From assembly GCF_003918875.1 (NCBI RefSeq), contig NW_025767503.1, positions 248,001 through 312,000 on the forward strand: a stretch of 64,000 nucleotides of DNA. Reading direction: 5' to 3'. The translations under genes were made by a program, and so were the position numbers. Positions 49,831-63,259 of this stretch are shown one piece after another. This DNA is from Haliotis rubra (taxonomy: Eukaryota). The first letter of the stretch is position 1, and every line of letters starts with the position of its first letter. Under the pieces are notes generated by a model that searched no databases, was not told where the DNA came from, and worked only from the letters and a program-made list of their open reading frames with translations.

Positions 49831-52800
49831 TAGACAAAGTTAAAGTTGTGGTAGTCGGCGATTCCGGTAAGTCCACAATGACGAACATGATGGTAGATAC
49901 TCCCGATATTCTACTCAATGTATTAACCAGGCAATATCAAAAACCTTAAAGGTTGCAGGTGAGCAGAATATTACTGCCACGTCATCAAGAATTACGAATT
50001 GTTATAATGTTGAGGGTTATTTCCCTTGGGCTGTCTGCTATTTGATCAAGTGGCCGATCAAGTGAGTTAATGTAGTCCTTTATGTTTGAACAGTATTGTA
50101 CAATGTTCCCACACAGCTGACATCGATCATAGCTGTTCTTTATTGCAGGTGTGGGTAAAACATCACTTGTCCATTTGATCTGTCACAATGAACCACAATC
50201 AAATCCTGCTGCAACAATTGGCTGCTCAGTGGAAGTGAAGGTAACTCTGATTTTTGTTAAGAAAGTGATTAGTTGATCCTGTACCAAAGGTAGTGAGTTG
50301 AGGATTGAACACTCTATGGAAATATGTTCCCTTCTCAATATTCCTACTACACATTGAAATGAGGTGAGGTGAGGTGAAATTGGGTTTAACGTCATGCTTG
50401 AGAATATTTCGCTCATATGACGACGTGCATGCGTGTGTATGTGTATGTGCGGCTGCTTGTACTAGCCCAGACTTAAGCTGGTTTTATAGTGCTAGCCCAA
50501 TGAGATACCATGCCGCAGTGAAGCATGAATACCCCACTCAGACACATTATACTGACTCCGAGCCGACCAGTCCTTGATGTACCCATTAATGCCAAGCGCC
50601 AGGCAGGGACCAACAAGTACCATATTTTAACGTCTTTTGGTATGACGCGGTCGGGGATCGAACCCGCGGCCTTCCGCTCTCCGGGGCGGACGCTCTAACC
50701 ACTACACCACGGAGGCGGTCTCACATTGAAATGAGTTGCATGACAAATATTACTCTTGATGATTGATAACACTTGTTGTGATCAGACTAACATGCAGTGA
50801 TCAGTCTGCAGGAAAAGAGAAAGCAAAGATCTGGAACATGTGTTTTTTGTATGGATACTGCACTGATTCATTTGCATACACAGTGGGAAGTGTGCCATAT
50901 CTACTCATAGAGTTGGTTAGGTGTGTCTTTTATACCTTAAGTGTATCAAGAAGACTACCATAATTACTTTGATCTGTAGTTGCCCATAACTTCTGAAAGG
51001 TATTGACATATCACCATGAATGAAAAGAAGCAAGTGTTTGTTTGCATAGTTATATTCGTTTAAATCATTCTTTCAATGCAGAGTAATATGATGGGAGAAA
51101 ACGCCATTACATGTACAGACTTATGTTGTTTAATCTTCAGCTTCATGAATACAGAGCAGGACTACCCAATGAGAAAACATACTTTGTTGAACTGTGGGAC
51201 ATCGGGGGGTCAGCTAGTCATCAGAACAGCCGCTCCATCTTCTATAACTCAGTAAACGGTAGGTTACCTAGGTGATGACTTTGTACAGAGTACAAAGTTG
51301 TTATTCCCAAACTAATCCTGTTACAGTTTCAGTGGCCTTCCTTGAACCAAGGCTAACTGGTTTAATGTTGTATCATATGGAGACAATTGTTCAGTAATTC
51401 TTGCATTGATCAGGGTCTATAGTATGAAGAGAGTGAGTGAGTGAGTTTAGTTTTGCGCTGCTTTTAGCAATATTGCAGCAATATCACAGTGGGGGACACC
51501 AGAAATGGGTTTCACACATTGTACCCATGTGGGGAATCAAACCCGGGTTCTCTGCATGACGAGCGAACGGTTAACCACTAGGCTACCCCACCGCCCCTAG
51601 CATGAACAGAAGTAACTCAGATAATGGTATTGGAAATACAAGGAATGGTCCCTGATCATCGTCCTTGTTAAGGAAAGTATGCTGCAACTTAGGGGTGCTC
51701 TTAATGAATGTGTATATTTACAGGTAAGATGAATAAGGATATGTGATAGTCAACTGTGTTTAACATGGGGTATGAATGTACATGTATACCATGAATAAAC
51801 TTGGAAAACAGAGCACCTCACACATGACACATCATGAAGTAAATGAAATAATGTTCACAGCATGCAGTAACATGACACTATCTCGATGTTGGCACAGGTA
51901 TTATTCTAGTCCATGACTTGACAAACAGGAAGTCCCATCAGAATATCAGGAAGTGGCTGTCCGAGGTCCTCAACCGAGACTCCACACAGAAAGGCAACGG
52001 GTGAGACATTTGAATCCCTGCCTGCCTGGTGTGGTCTCATAGCATGGATGTCTGCAGATATCTGTAACTGGAACATACCTGGTGTGGTCTCATAGCATGG
52101 ATGTCTGCAGATATCTGTAACTGGAGCATACCTGGTGTGGTCTCATAGCATGGATGTCTGCAGATATCTGTAACTGGAGCCTGCCTGGTGTGGTCTCATA
52201 GCATGGATGTCTGCAGATATCTGTAATTGGAGCATACCTGGTGTGGTCTCATAGCATGGATGTCTGCAGATATCTGTAATTGGAGCATACCTGGTGTGGT
52301 CTCATAGCATGGATGTCTGCAGATATCTGTAATTGGAGCCTGCCTGGTGTGGTCTCATAGCATGGATGTCTGCAGATATCTGTAATTGGAGCCTGCCTGG
52401 TGTGGTCTCATAGCATGGATGTCTGCAGATATCTGTAACTGGAGCCTGCCTGGTGTGGTCTCATAGCATGGATGTCTGCAGATATCTGTAATTGGAGCAT
52501 ACCTGGTGTGGTCTCATAGCATGGATGTCTGCAGATATCTGTAATTGGAGCAGATATCTGTAACTGGAGCCTGGTGTGGTCTCATAGCATGGATGTCTGC
52601 AGATATCTGTAATTGGAGCCTGGTACCTAGCATGGGTGTGGTCTCATAGCATGGATGTCTGCAGATATCTGTAACTGGAGCATACCTGGTGTGGTCTCAT
52701 GGATGTCTGCAGATATCTGTAACTGGATGGATGTCTGCAGATATCATGGATGTCTGCAGAATCTGTAATAGCATACCTGGTGTGGTCTCATAGCATGGAT

Positions 52801-55800
52801 GTCTGCAGATATCTGTAATGGATGCCTGGTAATTGGAGCATATGTCCAGATATCTGTAATTGGAGCCTGCCTGGTGTGGTCTCATAGCATGGATGTCTGC
52901 AGATATCTGTAACTGGAGCACTACCTGGTGTGGTCTCATAGCATGGATGTCTGCAGATATCTGTAACTGGAGCATACCTGGTGTGGTCTCATAGCATGGA
53001 TGTCTGCAGATATCTGTAATTGGAGCATACCTGGTGTGGTCTCATAGCATGGATGTCTGCAGATATCTGTATGTCTGCAGATATCTGTAACTGGAGCCTG
53101 CCTGGTGTGGTCTCATAGCATGGATGTCTGCAGATATGCCTGTGGTCTCATAGCATGGATGTCTGCAGATATCTGCAACTGTGAGCATACCTGGTGTGGT
53201 CTCATAGCATGGATGTCTGCAGATATCTGTAACTGGAGCATACCTGGTGTGGTCTCATAGCATGGATGTCTGCAGATATCTGTAACCTGGTGTGGAGCAT
53301 GGATGTCTGCCTGGTGTGGTCTCATAGCATGGATGTCTGCAGATATCTGTAACTGGAGCATACCTGGTGTGGTCTCATAGCATGGATGTCTGCAGATATC
53401 TGTAACTGGAGCATACCTGGTGTGGTCTCATAGCATGGATGTCTGCAGATATTTGTAACTGGAGCCTGCCTGGTGTGGTCTCATAGCATGGATGTCTGCA
53501 GATATCTGTGGAAGCATGGATGTCTGCATACCTGGTGTGGTCTCATAGCATGGATGTCTGCAGATATCTGTAACTGGAGCCTGCCTGGTGTGGTCTCATA
53601 GCATGGATGTCTGCAGATATCTGTAACTGGAGCATACCTGGTGTGGTCTCATAGCATGGATGTCTGCAGATATCTGTAACTGGAGCATACCTGGTGTGGT
53701 CTCATAGCATGGATGTCTGCAGATATCTGTAATTGGAGCCTGCCTGGTGTGGTCTCATAGCATGGATGTCTGCAGATATCTGTAACTGGAGCATACCTGG
53801 TGTGGTCTCATAGCATGGATGTCTGCAGATATCTGTAACTGGAGCACACCTGGATGTGTGGTCTCTAGATAGCATGGATGTCTGCAGATATCTGTCTCAT
53901 AGCATGGAGCCTGCCTGGTGTGTGGTCTCATAGCATGGATGTCTGCAGATATCTGTAATGTAATTGGAGCATACCTGGTGTGGTCTCATAGCATGGATGT
54001 CTGCAGATATCTGTAATTGGAGCATGCCTGGTGTGGTCTCATAGCATGGATGTCTCTGGAGCATACCTATCATAGCATGGATGTCTGCAGATATTTAGAC
54101 TGGAGCCTGCCTGGTGTGGTCTCATAGCATGGATGATATCTGCAGATACCTGGTGTGGTCTCATAGCATGGATGTCTGCAGATAGCATACCTGGTGTGGT
54201 CTCATAGCATGGATGTCTGCAGATATCTGTAATTGGAGCATACCTGGTGTGGTCTCATAGCATGGATGTCTGCAGATATCTGTAATTGGAGCCTGCCTGG
54301 TGTGGTCTCATAGCATGGATGTCTGCAGATATCTGTAATTGGAGCATACCTGGTGTGGGCATGGATGTCTGCAGATATCTGTAATTGGAGCATACCTGGA
54401 TGTCTCATAGCATGGATGTCTGCAGATATCTGTAATTGGAGCATACCTGGTGTGGTCTCATAGCATGGATGTCTGCAGATATCTGTAACTGGAGCATACC
54501 TGGTGTGGTCTCATAGCATGGATGTCTGCAGATATCTGTAATTGGAGCATACCTGGTGTGGTCTCATAGCATGGATGTCTGCAGCCTGCCTGGTGTGGTC
54601 TCATAGCATGGATGTCTGCAGATATCTGTAATTGGAGCATACCTGGTGTGGTCTCATAGCATGGATGTCTGCAGATATCTGATATCTGTGGAGCATACCT
54701 GGTGTGGTCTCATGGATGTCTGCAGATATCTGTAGTGGAGCATACCTGGTGTGGTCTCATGGATGTCTGCAGATATCTGTAATTGGAGCATACCTGGTGT
54801 GGTCTCATAGCATGGATGTCTGCAGATATTTGTAACTGGAGCATACCTGGTGTGGTCTCATAGCATGGATGTCTGCAGATATCTGTAATTGTACCTGGTG
54901 TGGTCTCTGATGTCTGCAGATATCCTGGTGTGTGGTCTCATAGCATGGATGTCTGCAGATATCTGTAACTGGAGCATACCTGGTGTGGTCTCATAGCATG
55001 GATGTCTGCAGATATTTGTCTGGAGCCTGCCTGGTGTGGTCTCACCATGGATGTGGTCTCATAGCATGGATGTCTCATAGCAGATATCTGCAGAATCTGT
55101 AACTGGAGCATACCTGGTGTGGTCTCATAGCATGGATGTCTGCAGATATCTGTAATTGTCTGCAGAGCCTGCCTGGTGTGGTCTCATAGCATGGATGTTC
55201 GCAGATATCTGTAATTGGAGCACATACCTGGTGTGGTCTCATAGCATGGATGTCTGCAGATATCTGTAACTGGAGCATACCTGGTGTGGTCTCCTGGTGT
55301 GGTCTCATAGCATGGATGTCTGCAGATATCTGTAATTGGAGCATACCTGGTGTGGTCTCATAGCATGGATGTCTGCAGATATCTGTAATTGGAGCCTGCC
55401 TGGTGTGGTCTCATAGCATGGATGTCTGCAGATATCTGTAATTGGAGCCTGCCTGGTGTGGTCTCATAGCATGGATGTCTGCAGATATCTGTAATTGGAG
55501 CATACCTGGTGTGGTCTCATAGCATGGATGTCTGCAGATATCTGTAACTGGAGCACCTGGTGTGGTCTCATGGATGCAGATGTCTGGAGCAGATATCTGT
55601 AATTGGAGCCTGCCTGGTGTGGTCTCATAGCATGGATGTCTGCAGATATCTGTAATTTGAGCCTACCTGGTGTGGTCTCATAGCATGGATGTCTGCAGAT
55701 ATCTGTACTGGAGCCTGCCTGGTGTGGTCTCATAGCATGGATGTCTGCAGATATCTGTAACTGGAGCATACCTGTGTGGTCTCATAGCATGGATGTCTGC

Positions 55801-58800
55801 TTGGAGCATAGCATGGATGTCTGCAGATATCTGTAACTGGAGCATACCTGGTGTGGTCTCATAGCATGGATGTCTGCAGATATCTGTAATTAGAGCATAC
55901 CTGGTGTGGTCTCATAGCATGGATGTCTGCAGATATCTGCCTGGAGTGTGGTCTCATAGCATGGATGTCTGCAGATATCTGTAATTGGAGCATACCTGGT
56001 GTGGTCTCATAGCATGGATGTCTGCAGATATCTGTAACTGGAGCATGCCTGGTGTGGTCTCATAGCATGGATGTCTGCAGATATCTGTAATTGGAGCATA
56101 CCTGGTGTGGTCTCATAGCATGGATGTCTGCAGATATCTGTAATTGGAGCATACCTGGTGTGGTCTCATAGCATGGATGTCTGCAGATATCTGTAACTGG
56201 AGCATACCTGGTGTGGTCTCATAGCATGGATGTCTGCAGATATCTGTAATTGGAGCATACCTGGTGTGGTCTCATAGCATGGATGTCTGCAGATATCTGT
56301 AATTGGAGCCTGCCTGGTGTGGTCTCATAGCATGGATGTCTGCAGATATCTGTAATTGGAGCATACCTGGTGTGGTCTCATAGCATGGATGCCTGCCTGG
56401 TGCAGATATCTGTAACTGGAGCCTGCCTGGTGTGGTCTCATAGCATGGATGTCTGCAGATATCTGTAACTGGAGCATACCTGGTGTGGTCTCATAGCATG
56501 GATGTCTGCAGATATCTGTAACTGGAGCATACCTGGTGTGGTCTCATAGCATGGATGTCTGCAGATATCTGTAATTGGAGCATACCTGGTGTGGTCTCAT
56601 AGCATGGATGTCTGCAGATATCTGTAACTGGAGCCTGCCTGGTGTGGTCTCATAGCATGGATGTCTGCAGATATCTGTAATTGGAGATATCTGTAATTGG
56701 AGCCTGCCTGGTGTGGTCTCATAGCATGGATGTCTGCAGATATCTGTAATTAGAGCATACCCAGCATGGATGTGGTCTCATAGCATGGATGTCTGCAGAT
56801 ATCTGTAATTGGAGCATACCTGGTGTGGTCTCATAGCATGGATGTCTGCAGATATCTGTAATTGGAGCATGCCTGGTGTGGTCTCATAGCATGGATGTCT
56901 GCAGATATCTGTAACTGGAGCATACCTGGTGTGGTCTCATAGCATGGATGTCTGCAGATATCTGTAATTGGAGCATGCCTGGTGTGGTCTCATAGCATGG
57001 ATGTCTGCAGATATCTGTAACTGGAGCATACCTGGTGTGGTCTCATAGCATGGATGTCTGCAGATATCTGTAATTGGAGCATGCCTGGTGTGGTCTCATA
57101 GCATGGATGTCTGCAGATATCTGTAATGGAGCCTGCCTGGTGTGGTCTCATAGCATGGATGCATGCAGATGTGGAGCTACCTGGTGTGGTCTCAGCATGG
57201 ATGTCTGCAGATATCTGTGGAGCCTACCTGGTGTGGTCTCATAGCATGGATGTCTGCAGATATCTGTAATTGGAGCATACCTGGTGTGGTCTCATAGCAT
57301 GGATGTCTGCAGATATCTGTAACTGGAGCATACCTGGTGTGGTCTCATAGCATGGATGTCTGCAGATATCTGTAATTGAGCCTGCCTGGAGCCATGCCTG
57401 GTGTGGTCTCATAGCATGGATGTCTGCAGATATAATTGGAGCCTGCCTGGTGTGGTCTCATAGCATGGATGTCTGCAGATATCTGTAACTGGAGCATACC
57501 TGGTGTGGTCTCATAGCATGGATGTCTGCAGATATCTGTAATTGGAGCCTGCCTGGTGTGGTCTCATAGCATGGATGTCTGCAGATATCTGTAATTGGAG
57601 CATACCTGGTGTGGTCTCATAGCATGGATGTCTGCAGATATCTGTAATTGGAGCCTGCCTGGTGTGGTCTCATAGCATGGATGTCTGCAGATATCTGTAA
57701 TTGGAGCCTGCCTGGTGTGGTCTCATAGCATGGATGTCTGCAGATATCTGTAATTGGAGCATACCTGGTGTGGTCTCATAGCATGGATGTCTGCAGATAT
57801 CTGTAATTGGAGCCTGCCTGGTGTGGTCTCATAGCATGGATGTCTGCAGATATCTGTAACTGGAGCATACCTGGTGTGGTCTCTTAACATGGATACCTGG
57901 TGTGGTCTCATAGCATGGATGTCTGCAGATATCTGTAACTGGAGCATACCTGGTGTGGTCTCATAGCATGGATGTCTGCAGATATTTGTAATTGGAGCCT
58001 GCCTGGTGTGGTCTCATAGCATGGATGTCTGCAGATATTTGTAACTGGAGCCTGCCTGGTGTGGTCTCATAGCATGGATGGCCGGGTGTTTGAACTCCCA
58101 ACAACACAGGAGTGGTCACAGGATCACAGGATGTTCAAAGTGTAGCACCTTGATCAACTTTTAGATCAATCTGTAGGGAATCTTTGTAGATGGCTCCTAC
58201 TATAACCAAAAGTTTAGTTGACAGTTGGGATGTTAAGTAACTGATGATAGAACTATTTTTGTTCACTATTGCTTAATTTCTAAAATATTTGAACTTGATT
58301 TGTATGGTTTTGATAAGCACCTGCCATACAGTCTTTGTCAATCTTCTTAGGGCCCAGGACTCTTGTTACAGTGACTATGGTACTTACATCAGCTGAACAT
58401 CACATTTCAGGTATGAGTTTGACCCTGAGCAGTTTGCTGGGAACCAGATCCCAATACTGGTGGTAGGCAGCAAGGCCGACCTCGCCCAGAGTCTCCGCGA
58501 GGACACACGCACCTATGATAAATACTCGTCTATAGCCGAGGAATGTGGAGCCGATGAGCTGAACCTGGTAGGTGGCGCTGCATGCTTGAGGCAAAAGATA
58601 CATGTCTTATTTCTATAGGACGTGACAGTTGTACCAGGTGTAATTGACAGAAGAATCATTATCATAAACTTATGGCACAACCAGATTATTATGTGATCAA
58701 GAATATTTGTGGGTTTCAGGATTGTATGCAAGTAAAGTATTTAGCCCCAGGCACAACAAATGCAGTGAAGCTGACCAAATTTTTTGATAGGGTAAGTTGA

Positions 58801-59230
58801 AATTAAAAAATTATGATATACACTATATATGTGTATTTCTCACGAAACGTTAAAGTGCATTGTATAAAAGATTAGTAGTAGTGTTATCTTTTATAAGTTT
58901 GGATGGATCCATGTGCCAGTACTAATTCCACGTTCAGGGTTTGGTGTACAGAGATGAACTTGGTCAGTTTACCCCCAGGAAATATGAAGTGGAAAGTTGC
59001 AGAGGGAGGCTGCAAATAATTGATAATTCATCCGTTGACCTTTTGTCATTAATTATCAGTCTAAAATCATTGTTTATACTTTTACGTTTTTTGGTATAAT
59101 TGCCGCTATCCATGTAGTTTGTTATGATTTGTGTTTCCAGACGATCGAGCGGCGTGCGGCAATCAGGTCAGTGGTAACCGAGCAGCCTATGACTTTGCTG
59201 AGTGATAGATTCTGTCTCATTAACCAGTAA
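49821..59230 (+). CDS. RABL3: Rab-like protein 3, about 225 aa; exons 49821-49866, 50149-50240, 51141-51258, 51898-52000, 58411-58567, 58720-58791, 59141-59230 (last exon end less certain)
   Basis: [106 protein letters not shown]. All introns GT-AG and in frame (678 nt). Confidence 0.95.
50364..50721 (-). mobile_element. tRNA-derived SINE, family D (about 360 bp), in RABL3 intron 2
   Basis: Minus-strand head GACCGCCTCCGTGGTGTAGTGGTTAGAGCGTCCG...GGGTTCGATCCCCG, (CACCT)n tail. 14-bp TSD CACATTGAAATGAG (50350-50363, 50722-50735). Confidence 0.9.
51433..51597 (-). mobile_element. SINE family A in RABL3 intron 3
   Basis: Full body match; degenerate TSD TAG(T/C)ATGAA(G/C)AGA. Confidence 0.88.
52017..58080. 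repeat. Large tandem array, 53-bp unit, about 110 copies (about 6 kb), filling RABL3 intron 4
   Basis: Unit CCTGGTGTGGTCTCATAGCATGGATGTCTGCAGATATCTGTAA(T/C)TGGAGC(ATA/CTG). Confidence 0.98.
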
Positions 59231-59334
59231 CAGTAAGACAGCTATTGGAATATTGGCTCCCGGTGCTGGGCCCCTAGAACCTTTCTCACCTGTCCCCCTC
59301 CCTGGAGAAATGATTGACAGCTCTCTATTGTTGT

Positions 59335-61300
59335 AGTGGTAGATGTACAGGTGTCTCTACTGTGGTAGATGTACAGGTGTCTCTACTGTGGTAGATGTAC
59401 AGGTGTCTCTACTGTGGTAGATGTACAGGTGTCTCTACTGTGATAGATGTACAGGTGTCTCTACTGTGGTAGATGTACAGGTGTCTCTACTGTGGTAGAT
59501 GTACAGGTGTCTCTACTGTGGTAGATGTACAGGTGTCTCTACTGTGGTAGATGTACAGGTGTCTCTCTACTGTGGTAGATGTACAGGTGTCTCTACTGTG
59601 GTAGATGTACAGGTGTCTCTACTGTGGTAGATGTACAGGTGTCTCTACTGTGGTAGATGTACAGGTGTCTCTACTGTGGTAGATGTACAGGTGTCTCTCT
59701 ACTGTGGTAGATGTACAGGTGTCTCTACTGTGGTAGATGTACAGGTGTCTCTACTGTGGTAGATGTACAGGTGTCTCTCTACTGTGGTAGATGTACAGGT
59801 GTCTCTACTGTGGTAGATGTACAGGTGTCTCTACTGTGGTAGATGTACAGGTGTCTCTACTGTGGTAGATGTACAGGTGTCTCTACTGTGGTAGATGTAC
59901 AGGTGTCTCTACTGTGGTAGATGTACAGGTGTCTCTACTGTGGTAGATGTACAGGTGTCTCTACTGTGGTAGATGTACAGGTGTCTCTACTGTGGTAGAT
60001 GTACAGGTGTCTCTGTGGTAGATGTACACAGGTGTACTGGTAGATGTACAGGTGTCTCTACTGTGGTAGATGTACAGGTGTCTCTACTGTGGTAGATGTA
60101 CAGGTGTCTCTACTGTGGTAGATGTACAGGTGTCTCTACTGTGGTAGATGTACAGGTGTCTCTACTGTGGTAGATGTACAGGTGTCTCTACTGTGGTAGA
60201 TGTACAGGTGTCTCTACTGTGGTAGATGTACAGGTGTCTCTCACTGTAGATAGATGTACAGGTGTCTCTACTGTGGTAGATGTACTGTGGTAGATGTACA
60301 GGTGTCTCTACTGTGGTAGATGTACAGGTGTCTCTACTGTGGTAGATGTACAGGTGTCTCTCTACTGTGGTAGATGTACAGGTGTCTCTACTGTGGTAGA
60401 TGTACAGGTGTCTCTACTGTGGTAGATGTACAGGTGTCTCTACTGTGGTAGATGTACAGGTGTCTCTACTGTGATAGATGTACAGGTGTCTCTACTGTGG
60501 TAGATGTACAGGTGTCTCTACTGTGGTAGATGTACAGGTGTCTCTACTGTGGTAGATGTACAGGTGTCTCTACTGTGGTAGATGTACAGGTGTCTCTACT
60601 GTGGTAGATGTACAGGTGTCTCTACTGTGGTGCACAGGTGTCTCTACTGTGGTAGATGTACAGGTGTCTCTACTGTGGTAGATGTACAGGTGTCTCTACT
60701 GTGGTAGATGTACAGGTGTCTCTACTGTGGTAGATGTACAGGTGTCTCTACTGTGGTAGATGTACAGGTGTCTCTACTGTGGTAGATGTACAGGTGTCTC
60801 TACTGTGGTAGATGTACAGGTGTCTCTACTGTGGTAGAGGTACAGGTGTCTCTACTGTGGTAGATGTACAGGTGTCTCTACTGTGGTAGATGTACAGGTG
60901 TCTCTACTGTGGTAGATGTACAGGTGTCTCTACTGTGGTAGATGTACAGGTGTCTCTACTGTGGTAGATGTACAGGTGTCTCTACTGTGGTAGATGTACA
61001 GGTGTCTCTACTGTGGTAGATGTACAGGTGTCTCTACTGTGATAGATGTGGTAGATGTACAGGTGTCTCTACTGTGGTAGATGTACAGGTGTCTCTACTG
61101 TGGTAGATGTACAGGTGTCTCTACTGTGATAGATGTACAGGTGTCTCTACTGTGGTAGATGTACAGGTGTCTCTACTGTGGTAGATGTACAGGTGTCTCT
61201 ACTGTGGTAGATGTACAGGTGTCTCTACTGTGATAGAGGTACAGGTATCTCTTTGTGGTAGATGTACAGTTGTATCTGTAGTGGTATTGGTAGATGTACA
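59335..61300. repeat. Tandem array, 26-bp unit, about 75 copies
   Basis: Unit GTAGATGTACAGGTGTCTCTACTGTG. Confidence 0.98.
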
Positions 61301-61329
61301 GTTGTCCCCACTTTGGTAATGGTAGATAA

Positions 61330-61598
61330 TCTGGTATTGGAAACCACAGCCTGATATTTGAATCCACAGCCTGGTGTTTGAAACCACAGCCTGGTACTTG
61401 AAATCAGTCTGATATTTGAAACCACAGCCTGATATTTGAAACCACAGCCCTGATATTTGAAACCACAGCCTGATATTTGAAACCACAGCCTGATATTTGA
61501 AACCACAGCCTGATATTTGAAACCACAGCTTGGTATTTGAAACCACAGCCTGGTGTTGAAACCACAGCCTGGTGTTTGAAACCACGCACTGGTATTTG
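61330..61598. repeat. Minisatellite, 20-bp unit, about 13 copies
   Basis: Unit GAAACCACAGCCTGATATTT. Confidence 0.95.
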
Positions 61599-61872
61599 AG
61601 ACCGGCTGAAAATACTGAAAAACGATTTGCTGTGTTGTTGCTAAAGTTTCAAATAACAATGGACACAGTAGGAACTGAACGTAGAAATCCCATTGAAATG
61701 TACATTGTCATTAATGTTTGAATCTGTACATATATATTGGAGACATGTAATTGCATATGGATTAAGGATGTTGCAACTCATTGAGGCATTAACACATTTA
61801 GTCCTGCCAAGTGATGCGCGACACACACACCAATATACCAATTTATGTTTACTGATCTGTTTTGAAGCTGTA

Positions 61873-62372
61873 CAGTGAAACCTGTGTAAACCGGCACCCC
61901 AAGGGACCCAAATAAAATGCCGGTTTAGACAGGGTGCCGGATTAGACAGTGACGATCATTTTCGAACATGGCTGCCATTTACCCTCACTAATCACTTTAT
62001 TCCTGATTATCTAGCGTGCCGAGAGGAGTGTATTGGATTAAGGGACCTTGATTGGACTGCTCATACCCGTGCTTGCTAAGAGCGTTTTATTCAATGCGCA
62101 ATCACATGCGTGACAAGAGGATTAATTAGTGTATTGGATTATGGGCCCTTGATTGGACTGATCATAATCATGCCGGTTTAGACAAATGTTAATTACAGTT
62201 AAAATTGCTTGTTGGGACCGGAAAGTCGTGCCGGAATACGGAATACACAGGTGCCCGATTAGACAATGTTTTAATAATCATAATATCTTTGTAAAATGGC
62301 AGGACCAAAATTTTATGCTAGTTTTGACAGTGTGCCGGATTAGACAGGTGCTGGTGTTGGCAGGTTTCACTG
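61873..62372. mobile_element. Tc1/mariner superfamily (pogo/Tigger-like) MITE, 500 bp
   Basis: TA|CAGTGAAACCTG ... CAGGTTTCACTG|TA, with internal repeats of GCCGG(T/A)TTAGACA. Confidence 0.85.
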
Positions 62373-63259
62373 TATTTGTTTTTAGTAAGTGATATTTAGG
62401 TTTTGTGATGTCACTCACTGATGGCTAGACGGGGCTAGTATTACTTGACCTCCAAATATTCTTATTCTGACAGCATGATATGAGGACACGACTAATTTTA
62501 GTACAACTAAGACTGGTTGGTTTCCATGGCAAGATGGAACAGGTTATGTTTGTGCAATGCAGCAAAAGTCTGCTATCGTGATTAGGATCGTAACACGAAT
62601 CAAGTATTGTGATGCATGTCATGACTCTGAATAAAGATATACATTGTATATGTGTAAATGTCCAAACTGAGAACAATGAACTGATTGTGAACGGTAACAG
62701 ATGGTGTAAAGTGTTTTATTAATGATGTAAAGTATATAATCAATGATGTAAAGTGCAAGAGGGCACTGAGATGAGTAACTGTGTCTGTGCAGGAGGTGGG
62801 CGAGGAGGACCTCGAGGTAATTACCTGAGCGTTGTGTGAGCACCTTGACATTTTCTCACCCTGGGTTCTGGCATGTTGTCATTGGTCTTGCATCCTTATA
62901 TCCGTGTGTTACATATCTGGGGAAGGGTTCACCGTCACAATGAGCAGCCATGACAGTGGTGCTACAGAAACAGTGTATGCAACTAGTTGTAGGACAATAT
63001 TATCATAGACTGGAACAGTTTGCAATTTATTAAAATAATGTAAAAAATGTTTCATGTGTCCCTTTAAACAAATAAATAAAATGCAGCAGTAATATTTTTT
63101 TTAGATATTTGAGCATAGACAAGTTTCAAATGTTGATGTTTCACTGAGGTGTGTTTGGAATATACTTGGATTGTACTTTCTATATGTTCATGCCGAAGAC
63201 AGGGACAGCTCACAGTGATAAGATGTTTATATGTTTGAGTCAGGTGTAATCACTGATGC

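Noticed and set aside
50640-50721. tRNA-like sequences (also heads at about 10870-10948 and 22472-22550)
   Set aside because: They are SINE heads attached to SINE bodies, tails and TSDs, not tRNA genes.
16353-59230. A biosynthetic gene cluster around the PKS
   Set aside because: Neighbours are Schlafen-like, GTF2E1 and RABL3; no PPTase, adenylation, oxidase or transporter genes were found.
36367-61598. Regular repeat arrays resembling CRISPR
   Set aside because: Units are head-to-tail with no unique spacers, there are no cas genes, and the context is eukaryotic.
62792-62816. Possible RABL3 micro-exon (CAG|GAGGTGGGCGAGGAGGACCTCGAG|GTAATT)
   Set aside because: Splice-like flanks only; no recognisable similarity to the RABL3 C-terminus and no transcript evidence.
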